Assembly (NCBI GenBank): GCA_002347605.1
Contig: DDXN01000001.1
Coordinates: 9,701 to 73,700, forward strand
From: Candidatus Dojkabacteria bacterium UBA2259
GTDB lineage: Bacteria > Patescibacteriota > Dojkabacteria > SC72
Direction of reading: 5' to 3'
Length of the DNA: 64,000 nt
The position numbers were made by a program, and so were the translations under genes. Of this stretch, positions 51,274 to 59,092 are shown piece by piece; within the stretch, counting starts at the first letter, position 1; every line of letters begins with the position of its first letter. The notes under the pieces were generated by a model. That model saw only the letters and a program-made list of their open reading frames with translations, was not told the DNA's origin and made no database searches.

Positions 51274-51438
51274 CTATACAATCTTATCAATCAGTTTTAA
51301 ATCCAACGCCTGTTGAGCAGTTGGGTATATACCCATATTTGAATTAGCTTTTATCATCTCTTCAACCCCTAAAGAGTTTTCTTTGGAAAGATTTTTTGTT
51401 CTTGTGCAATTATACCTGTTGATATATATTTGATTATA
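51274..51438 (-). pseudogene. possible remnant of a ClpP/peptidase S14-like C-terminus
   Basis: Short frame reads EEMIKANSNMGIYPTAQQALDLKLIDKIV*, resembling the ClpP tail xxTAxEAxxxGLIDxI; no catalytic region upstream. Confidence 0.4.
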
Positions 51439-51460
51439 TTAAATTTTTAAAATACCCCCG

Positions 51461-51931
51461 ATGAAGAGAAAAGGCCTTCGAATTTTTGTTATCCTGGCAG
51501 TATCAATTTCTTTTCTAATATTATTCCTGTTACTAACGAAAGATTCCGATATACAAGAAACCATCGGTAGCAAAGTATTTACAAATATAAATAAGATATC
51601 TTGTATACGTGTAAACGATGATACACAGAGTCTCGAAGGTATTGAAGCATATGAAAACGGATCCAAAACAGTGGAGGGTATCCTATACGACGGAGGGGAC
51701 AAAGAAACTTTTATTTATACTCTTATAAAAAATGGAGATATTATTACCTTTCAGCATGCATATGCAGACGTATGCCTAGTGTCGGAGTCAGAAGATAGCG
51801 AATTGGACATCTTAACCTATAAAGTTAGGCAGGTATATTTCACAAGCAAGAAAAATGTTGAAAAATATACTTTCTCTGTAACGATAGATAAGAATACTAA
51901 CCAGGTTAAAGTAGTAACGCCAGGATTATAA
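51461..51931 (+). CDS. membrane-anchored hypothetical protein
   Basis: N-terminal basic + TM segment, beta-rich ectodomain. Confidence 0.75.
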   Translation: MKRKGLRIFVILAVSISFLILFLLLTKDSDIQETIGSKVFTNINKISCIRVNDDTQSLEGIEAYENGSKTVEGILYDGGDKETFIYTLIKNGDIITFQHAYADVCLVSESEDSELDILTYKVRQVYFTSKKNVEKYTFSVTIDKNTNQVKVVTPGL

Positions 51932-52032
51932 AAGGCTGGAAAGCTTTAAAAATAGTTATTTTAAAACCCTCCAATTGACGACCTCAGAATTTTACTTTAA
52001 ACTAGAAGTTAATAAAATTATATCTTAAACAA

Positions 52033-52794
52033 ATGGACGAACAAATTACTTCCGTTTCCCCTCAAAAGAGAATCTCCCTCAAAAGAGTTGTTGCGGTTTC
52101 TTTAATTGCCATTTTAGCATTTACATCTCTTGTTCTGGCATATCTATACCTTTCTGAGGTATCTAGAGACACTAATTCTCCTGACACATCAAGTACACAG
52201 GATGGAGAAAACGAGGAAACAGAAGAAGGGGTTATCTGCGACTTTGATAAGCTAAAAGGAGATGCACAAAAAGACAATGCCAGGGTTAAACTAGCATATG
52301 AATATATTCTAGAACCCAACGCTTCACCAGCAAGTCCTTATGCAGCATGTAAAGAAACATTAAAAACAACAATTAAGAATATTTTTACTGAGCAAGAAGA
52401 TATTACATCTGACAAAGAGGAGTTAGCAATGCTTAAATCGGAGATTGACGAAGATATGGTAAAGTATCTTATAGATGATATCTTTGTTGTATATACCCCC
52501 TATGGGAAAATATGGGAAGTCGATATAGTGAAAGAAACTGTTGATCTGCTTTGGGAGATAGAAAGTGAAAGCAGAATTGGAATTTATGATGCACATATCA
52601 TAAGTGAATATAATACTTCCAGAATGTTTTTCTCCACAAAAGTAGATGGACTTGGAGGAGCAACCGAAGAAGACAACGAGGCTATCGATAACTTGATAGA
52701 ACAATTGTGTAAGGAGAAAGATTTGGCAATATGGATGTATGACACTGCAACAGAGGCCGTAACAAGAATTGCAGATTCTGAACAATGTTTATAA
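52033..52794 (+). CDS. membrane-anchored extracellular protein sharing its N-terminal module with 50409-51233
   Basis: ISLKRV...FTSLVLAYLYLSE..D.NSPD matches VSIKRI...FTSLLFAYLYYSE..D.NTPD. Confidence 0.8.
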   Translation: MDEQITSVSPQKRISLKRVVAVSLIAILAFTSLVLAYLYLSEVSRDTNSPDTSSTQDGENEETEEGVICDFDKLKGDAQKDNARVKLAYEYILEPNASPASPYAACKETLKTTIKNIFTEQEDITSDKEELAMLKSEIDEDMVKYLIDDIFVVYTPYGKIWEVDIVKETVDLLWEIESESRIGIYDAHIISEYNTSRMFFSTKVDGLGGATEEDNEAIDNLIEQLCKEKDLAIWMYDTATEAVTRIADSEQCL

Positions 52795-52805
52795 ATTGCT
52801 ATGTA

Positions 52806-53327
52806 TTAGGAGTTGAATTTTACCAAAGGAAGATACTGTTTAAGTAGCTTGTGTATTTCTGGGTTATTCTCAAATGTAAGTAATTCTAATTCTCTATCTA
52901 AATCTATCCACTGGTTCTTTACTACAACACCATCTTCATATGTTTCGGGCTACTTTCCTTCTCCCTTAGAACTATTTAATAGAGCTAAGAAATAGTGATC
53001 TGGTTTCATTTGTATTTCATCCCAATCTATTTCATACGTACTTGAACCCAAATACCTTAATAACGTTATATCTGTATAGCCAGATTCCTCCATTACCTCT
53101 CTTAAGGCAGCCTCTTCTAAGCTCTCCTCTCCTTCTTTATGACCTTTAGGTAATACATACCTTTCATTACCATCTTGCCAAACCTTCTTTATTACTAGCA
53201 ATTGGATGTTGTTATTATCGTTTTTACGTACAAGATAACATCCCGCTGACGTATTAACTCTTCTTTGTTTTGCTAAAGACGAACTGTTTCCAATTCTTAT
53301 TGTTTTTGGTAATACATCATTTCCCAC
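52806..53327 (-). pseudogene. NUDIX hydrolase interrupted by an in-frame TAG
   Basis: Nudix box LPKGHKEGEESLEEAALREVMEESGY; TAG at 52952-52950; the frame continues with NQWIDLDRELELLTFENN to TAA at 52808-52806. Confidence 0.8.
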
Positions 53328-53536
53328 GTCAACTCTAATTAATTTAATTATTAAAGTATATCAAATTTGTGTAAGTAAGAAGATACCCACATTTTTAGTT
53401 CCTGTGTGGACAAAAGAAAAAGAGTTGCTATATAGGGGTTTTAGGTATATATATTACTATATTATTCCAGTTATCATATTATCGGCCGTTATCTACTGCT
53501 ATATTAAATCCCTTACATTTTTTGTATTATGTATAT

Positions 53537-54067
53537 ATGGGAGAGTCTGATTTAAATGCAGAAACAATTAATTTTGTTCCTACAATTCCAAAAGAAAAGA
53601 AGGAACCTAAAAATAAGCTGAAAATAACAGAAATAATGTTAATACTCTCAGCAGTAGGTATAGTCATATTTCTTGTCCTCCTTGCAATTAATCCAAACAA
53701 AGAGGCTGCAGAAGCAAGAAATTTAAAAAGATCTGCAGATATATCAACAATTCTTACATATGTGAGCTCTTTTGTTGTAGCTAATGACAAAACCATACCT
53801 ACAGAGATTCCTAAATCCATGACCTGTGTTGAATATACTCACGAAATATGTAAGACAGGACCGTATGACTGCACCGATTTAGTTAATATGGGTTTTCTGA
53901 CTAAGGAAGGTGACGAAGAGTTAGTTAATATTCCTAACGACCCCCTTTACATTTCAGTGAATGGTACAGGGTATTTCATATCTCATGATGGAGGAGGTAG
54001 TGTTACTGTTTGTGCCCCTCACGCAGAAAGAAATGAACAGATATCATTTTCTAAATACATGTATTAG
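53537..54067 (+). CDS. type IV pilin-like protein lacking the canonical G|F cleavage site
   Basis: ITEIMLILSAVGIVIFLVLLAINP...ARNLKRSADISTIL, IPNDP, TGY.I, VTVCAP.AE. Confidence 0.75.
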   Translation: MGESDLNAETINFVPTIPKEKKEPKNKLKITEIMLILSAVGIVIFLVLLAINPNKEAAEARNLKRSADISTILTYVSSFVVANDKTIPTEIPKSMTCVEYTHEICKTGPYDCTDLVNMGFLTKEGDEELVNIPNDPLYISVNGTGYFISHDGGGSVTVCAPHAERNEQISFSKYMY

Positions 54068-54086
54068 AATGTAATTAGATATATCT

Positions 54087-55043
54087 ATGAACAAAGAAAT
54101 AACAAAACTAAAGGTTAAGGAAAGGGAGTTAATAATACTGGTATCTGTTTTTCTTTTTCTCTTGTTTGCATACCTATCTGGGAATTTTGCTTGGATGAAG
54201 GACTTTCAGCGCTTAGTAGACCTGTTTGCAAGCGTATTTGCTTTTTTCATTGGAATTCTAGCACTAGTTCGCTTCTATACAAAGAAAACATATACAAACT
54301 ATCTGCTATTAGGTTTGGGATTTCTCACAATCTCTGTTTTAGATGGTTTTCAATTACTACTCTCATTTGAAGGATTTTCGGAATTTCTCTCAGTTAATAC
54401 ATCTGAAATGTTTCCAAGCAGTATTGTACTCTCAAGAGTTTTTCTCTCTTTGATTTTCTTTTTTAGCTGGATTCTAATGAAAGAGGAAAAGATAGTAAAA
54501 AGTTTTAAAGAGAAAGCTGCTTTTGCATCACTATTATTCTCCGTTTCTCTGTTTACAATAGTTGTTTCAACCTTTACCAATTTTTTTGAAGGTTTTGAAT
54601 CATATACTTTTGCTATAGCGATGCAAACAATTGCCCTTATGGTGTATCTGATAACACTACTTGGTTACACACAAAGCAAGGGGATGTATAAACGAAATTT
54701 TGATTTTTGGATAGTATTTTCACTAACCTTTTCAATTCTTGCACAGATATTTTTCCTCCCATACTTAAATATTGAATACGAATTAATGTTAAACCTTTCA
54801 ACATTAGCAAAGTTCTTTAGTTATACAATACTGATGATAGGGTTTCTTTCTAGCATATATGAGATGTACAAAAGCGAAGAGAGAGCTCAAAATGAATTAA
54901 AAAGAAAAAATATGCTTCTTACTTTAACTAAAAAGAAAGTAGAGGAGGCGTATATGATTTTAAGGGAAGAGAAGTGGAAAATATCTAAAGAACAGAAAAA
55001 GAAAAGTACAGACAAGATATTTAAAGATATATTAAAGAAGTAA
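54087..55043 (+). CDS. stand-alone MASE3-like membrane sensor protein with coiled-coil tail
   Basis: About 8 TMs (FIGILALVRFY, YLLLGLGFL..SVLDGF, LAKFFSY); no kinase or cyclase domain. Confidence 0.6.
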   Translation: MNKEITKLKVKERELIILVSVFLFLLFAYLSGNFAWMKDFQRLVDLFASVFAFFIGILALVRFYTKKTYTNYLLLGLGFLTISVLDGFQLLLSFEGFSEFLSVNTSEMFPSSIVLSRVFLSLIFFFSWILMKEEKIVKSFKEKAAFASLLFSVSLFTIVVSTFTNFFEGFESYTFAIAMQTIALMVYLITLLGYTQSKGMYKRNFDFWIVFSLTFSILAQIFFLPYLNIEYELMLNLSTLAKFFSYTILMIGFLSSIYEMYKSEERAQNELKRKNMLLTLTKKKVEEAYMILREEKWKISKEQKKKSTDKIFKDILKK

Positions 55044-55044
55044 T

Positions 55045-55773
55045 ATGTACTCTCCTAAGATAAAGAGGTATCAAAAGAAGTTTGAATATTCATATGCCTT
55101 TGGTGCGTATCCTGTATTAGATTTACTTAAACAGTATCCAGACAAAGTTTACAAGATTATACTATCAAGAGATGGGCTAAGTAGTGATGGGATAGAAGAG
55201 ATAGGGGGCATATGTAAAGAGAAGAATATATTTGTGGAGGTAAATGACAGGTTAATAGAAAAGATAGCCGTAAAGGAGAACACATACGTTGTTGGAGTAT
55301 TTAAAAAGTATGAGCTACATATTCAAGAGAATGAAAACCATGTTGTTTTAGTTAACCCTTCTAATATGGGAAATCTTGGAACCATTATTAGAACAATGTT
55401 GGGTTTTGGATTTAGAGATTTAGCAATAATTAGACCAGGCGTAGATATCTTTGATCCATTGGTTATTAGATCTACAATGGGAGCTATCTTTAAAATTAGG
55501 TTTGAATATTTTAGTAGTATAGAAGAATATTTAGAGAGGTTTCCTAAGCAGAATAAATATGCATTTATGTTAAAGGGAAGCAAAAGTATCAAAGAGATAG
55601 AATTTGTTAAGCCGTATTCCATAATACAAGGTAATGAATCAAAGGGATTAGATAGTTCATATTTGAATATTGGTCAGAGTGTATATATTCCTCATGGGAA
55701 AGAAATAGACTCTTTAAATCTTTCAGTAGCAACGGCAATTAGTTTGTGGGAGGCTTCCCAAAAGAGTAGGTAG
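55045..55773 (+). CDS. TrmH/SpoU-family RNA 2'-O-methyltransferase
   Basis: NPSNMGNLGTIIRT, RSTMGA, GNESKG, IDSLNLSVA. Confidence 0.93.
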   Translation: MYSPKIKRYQKKFEYSYAFGAYPVLDLLKQYPDKVYKIILSRDGLSSDGIEEIGGICKEKNIFVEVNDRLIEKIAVKENTYVVGVFKKYELHIQENENHVVLVNPSNMGNLGTIIRTMLGFGFRDLAIIRPGVDIFDPLVIRSTMGAIFKIRFEYFSSIEEYLERFPKQNKYAFMLKGSKSIKEIEFVKPYSIIQGNESKGLDSSYLNIGQSVYIPHGKEIDSLNLSVATAISLWEASQKSR

Positions 55774-55785
55774 TATAATAGTAAG

Positions 55786-55831
55786 ATTTGTGTTATTATT
55801 GTATATTAAATTATACAAATTTAACACAAAT
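55786..55831. promoter_or_regulatory. 46-bp imperfect palindrome, likely toxin-antitoxin operator
   Basis: ATTTGTGTTA/TAACACAAAT outer arms and TTGTATA/TATACAA inner arms share one axis; ends right at the antitoxin ATG. Confidence 0.7.
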
Positions 55832-56137
55832 ATGAACAAAGTAAAAACATACAAAAGTATTACAAAACAGATAACATTTCCACAAAAGTTGATGGACAGA
55901 GTTGAGAGTAAGGCTGAAAGTTTAGGGTATTCTCTTCCTGCATATGTTAGATATGTACTTACCAAGGAGATTGAAAAACAATCATATCCAGTACTTGATG
56001 GTGTAGTGATAGATGAAGAGATGGTCAATAGTCTTAAAAAGGGTATAAAAGAACACAAGGAAGGGAAATCAAAAGAGCTCAAAAGTGTAAAAGATATTGA
56101 AATGTTCTGTAGGGGGATTTTGAAAGATGAGAATTAA
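55832..56137 (+). CDS. putative type II antitoxin (ribbon-helix-helix-like)
   Basis: TKQITFPQKL..RVESKAESLGYSLPAYVRYVL; IKEHKEGK tail; overlaps the toxin gene. Confidence 0.75.
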   Translation: MNKVKTYKSITKQITFPQKLMDRVESKAESLGYSLPAYVRYVLTKEIEKQSYPVLDGVVIDEEMVNSLKKGIKEHKEGKSKELKSVKDIEMFCRGILKDEN

Positions 56138-56420
56138 ATATCCCTTTAAATATACCCAAGACTTCTATTATAATTTCAAAAGGATTGCGAAAAAGGATAG
56201 GCGTTTAATAATTAGTATAGAAAAAGTTTTAAAGACACTATCTATAGAACCTTTTTCAAAATCTCTCAGAACTCATTATGTGGAAGTATCTTCTCTAGGA
56301 AAGGTATATAGCTCAAGAGTAAATGGAGATATCCGAATCTTATGGATAATTGATAATCAAGGGACCATTCTTATTCTAAGAGTCGGTAGTCACTCTGGTA
56401 GTTCAAAGGTATATAGATAA
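56127..56420 (+). CDS. RelE/YafQ-family mRNA interferase toxin
   Basis: F...FKR, PFSKSLRTH, YSSRVNGDIRILW, LRVGSH..VY. Confidence 0.85.
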   Translation: MRIKYPFKYTQDFYYNFKRIAKKDRRLIISIEKVLKTLSIEPFSKSLRTHYVEVSSLGKVYSSRVNGDIRILWIIDNQGTILILRVGSHSGSSKVYR

Positions 56421-56451
56421 ATGGTATAATATACACGTTCTTTAAGAATAT

Positions 56452-56863
56452 GGGGACGTTAGGCTTTCGACAGAAGTATATAGGTGCTGTTGTCACAAAT
56501 CGTTTTTTAGTTCGTAAAACTAAAACACAGATAAGTGTAGAAAACAAACTTAACGCTTTTGCAAGTAAGCTAAGGGCTGCATTTATTGCACCTTCTTATG
56601 CTTACAATTTTGCATAAGTTTGATCAATTAATTTTGGTCAATGTCTACCTTTCTTATCCCTAGTTAGGGGAGATAGACAGTCGTTACTAGGGTATAGTAT
56701 GTATTCTTTGTCAGTAGAGGATCCATAGTGAATATAATTACTGAGTAGGTTATACTTTTTGTTAGATTTTTTAGTGTAATCTAGCTATATAAATCTAAAT
56801 ATATTTGTAAATGACATTGTACTTAGCTTTTGGACGTGGGTTCAAATCCCACCGTCTCCACCA
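56452..56863 (+). ncRNA. ssrA: tmRNA (412 nt)
   Basis: 5' GGGGACG...TTCGAC and 3' GGACGTGGGTTCAAATCCCACCGTCTCCACCA with G3:U70 pair; tag ORF at 56537-56617; TGGTATAAT promoter at 56422. Confidence 0.95.
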
Positions 56864-58412
56864 TATCAGGTTCGTTATTGGTAATTGCTTCAAAAAGGGT
56901 TATTGGAAGAGAATAGTTAGGGGTTCGATAACCCTCTATTTTGTCATACTCTAAATTCGTATCAAAGATAAAAGAAAAGAACTTCTGTTTTTGATATACA
57001 TCGTAGTTTTCCCATACAGTATAAGGTTTCTGTAAAACCTCAAGAACTTCTTTAGAAGAGGTTCGATAAGGAATAGAGTAATCAACATCTGTCTTTATTC
57101 TGTTTTCCAGTATCTCTACCTCTTCTCCATATTTCTGAATTTGTTTTTCGTATTGTTTTAACACGGTTGAATTAGTGGTTCTAATTGCGAAAGAGGCGTA
57201 TTTCTCTATTTCGTGTTCTATTTTCTCCTTGTTTCCTATGTCTTCTTCTCTTGCGTTTTGGAGGTTACCTATCTCTATCTTCCAAGCATCTTCAAAGATA
57301 GCAAGGGATAGGTTTATTAGGTCCTCTGACGCCCTGATTTGACCTAGAAGGGCACTAAAACCTGCATGTATGTCTTCTGCCCTAATGCTTTTCCCATACA
57401 TCTCACACTCCTTGTTGGCACATTTGTAATAAGGGTGTAGTTTCCCTGTTTTACTTCTAGAAGATGCACCTGTCAGTTTCTTCCCGCAACAAGCACAGTT
57501 AATTAATCCTCTGAGGAAAAAATCCTCTCTTATATCTTTTCTTACAAAGGAAGGTGTTTTACCTTCTAAGATTTTCTGATTTCTTTCAAAGGTCTTAATA
57601 TCTATAATACCCTTATGATGTCCCTCCCTTCTAATTACTTCCCATTTTGGAAACTCTATATAACCTGCATAAAAGGGGTTCTTAAGAAGGTTTGTAAAGG
57701 TTACAATCCCTTTGTTGGCGTGTTGGTTGTTGCTTATAACACCTTTCTTTTGGAGATATCTTACAGCATCAATTTTATTTTCGAATCTTCTATTAGCAAA
57801 ACCCTCTAACGCCCCTTTAATAAACTCTGCATTCCTTGTAGGGATATCTATAGTCCCATGTATAGGGTCTTTTATTTTCTTGTATCCTAGAGGCGCACAG
57901 AACGCCCAATAACCGTTTCTAAGTCGTGCTTGTTGTTTCTGTATCACTTGTCTTTGGTTTTGTTGTCTTTCTAGTTGATTATGTGCCGCCTGCAATGTCT
58001 CAAAGTAGATTCCCTCAGGAGTATCATCAAAATCGTAATTCAAACACAATAGAATAACATCTCTAATTTTTAAGGCACTTCGTAATTTAATATGACCTTC
58101 GGTATCTCTTGCAAACCTCTTAAGGTCATCAAATACAACAACAAAACTTTTATGCGGATTTTTATCTATATACTCTAGCATCTCTCTCATTGCGGGTCTT
58201 TTCATAAAATCTCCTCCCCCTGTAAAACTGTCAAAGAAACTCCTTTCATAAGGGATGTTTTCTTCTCTTAATTTGGATAAGCACCTTTCTTCTTGACTCT
58301 CTAATCCATGTCCTTCCGTTCTCTGTTTTCTTGCAGATACCCTTGCATATATTAATCCAACTTTGTTTTTATAAAGGTTGTTATTGCGAAACGAACCCAT
58401 TTCACTATCCAT
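56823..58412 (-). CDS. large serine recombinase (integrase)
   Basis: IYARVS catalytic Ser, RPAM, DDLKRFAR, APLGY, NPFYAG, Zn ribbon CACCG...YYKC..KEC, coiled coil. Confidence 0.95.
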   Translation of the reverse strand: MDSEMGSFRNNNLYKNKVGLIYARVSARKQRTEGHGLESQEERCLSKLREENIPYERSFFDSFTGGGDFMKRPAMREMLEYIDKNPHKSFVVVFDDLKRFARDTEGHIKLRSALKIRDVILLCLNYDFDDTPEGIYFETLQAAHNQLERQQNQRQVIQKQQARLRNGYWAFCAPLGYKKIKDPIHGTIDIPTRNAEFIKGALEGFANRRFENKIDAVRYLQKKGVISNNQHANKGIVTFTNLLKNPFYAGYIEFPKWEVIRREGHHKGIIDIKTFERNQKILEGKTPSFVRKDIREDFFLRGLINCACCGKKLTGASSRSKTGKLHPYYKCANKECEMYGKSIRAEDIHAGFSALLGQIRASEDLINLSLAIFEDAWKIEIGNLQNAREEDIGNKEKIEHEIEKYASFAIRTTNSTVLKQYEKQIQKYGEEVEILENRIKTDVDYSIPYRTSSKEVLEVLQKPYTVWENYDVYQKQKFFSFIFDTNLEYDKIEGYRTPNYSLPITLFEAITNNEPDMVETVGFEPTSKS

Positions 58413-58887
58413 TTCTTTTTAATTCTAAGAGTTTATTTATTGCTTTATACATGCGATTCTCTATCGAGGTCTCATATCTTGCATAATAAGAGGATAAATA
58501 CTCCATGTGAGATGTTGTAACTACTGGTTTATAACCGTCCCTTTCTTTAAAAGTATCTAAATCAAGTAGTTTTGATACTATTGTTGGGTCGATGGCGGTC
58601 TTCATTAGTTCTGCTTCTGCTTTTGCAACTCTTAAAAGTTTTATATAGGCAACTGAGATTCTTTCTATCAAAATCTCTTCTAGAGTGTTTTTAGGTGGGA
58701 AATCTTGAGATAGTGAATTATAAAAATTAAGGAAATCAAACTCCTCATACTCAGATACACTTTTTTTTAAGATACCATGCTTAACTGCATTGAATCTTGA
58801 TACCTCTTTTCCTTCTTCGGTTTTGACTCCTCCCAATTTACTGTTTTCCCTGTTCGCCTCTAACTGTTTTTCTGTTATGTTCTTCAT
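58405..58887 (-). CDS. hypothetical protein with N-terminal ANRxN..G.KT.EGK..S..NA.KHG motif
   Basis: TEKQLEANRENSKLGGVKTEEGKEVSRFNAVKHG followed by helical domain; overlaps the recombinase start. Confidence 0.75.
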   Translation of the reverse strand: MKNITEKQLEANRENSKLGGVKTEEGKEVSRFNAVKHGILKKSVSEYEEFDFLNFYNSLSQDFPPKNTLEEILIERISVAYIKLLRVAKAEAELMKTAIDPTIVSKLLDLDTFKERDGYKPVVTTSHMEYLSSYYARYETSIENRMYKAINKLLELKRNG

Positions 58888-59014
58888 AAATCTTAATGTT
58901 TTTATTTATTATCTCTTTTGCTAAGGAATATATGTAATATCTGATTTTTTCAATGTCATCATTGCTTATATCCCTAGTGGGAAGGTATTCCCGACATTTT
59001 TCTACACTTAACAT
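58838..59014 (-). CDS. small helical protein upstream of the recombinase
   Basis: MLSVEKCREYL...DDIEKIRYYIYSLAKEI; ATG at 59014. Confidence 0.6.
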   Translation of the reverse strand: MLSVEKCREYLPTRDISNDDIEKIRYYIYSLAKEIINKNIKIYEEHNRKTVRGEQGKQ

Positions 59015-59092
59015 TTTATGTAATGGATAATCTGGTTCTAGGGTTTCTAGCAACTCAGATTAATAAGTAAGGGTTTCGATTTGTTCGACAAC

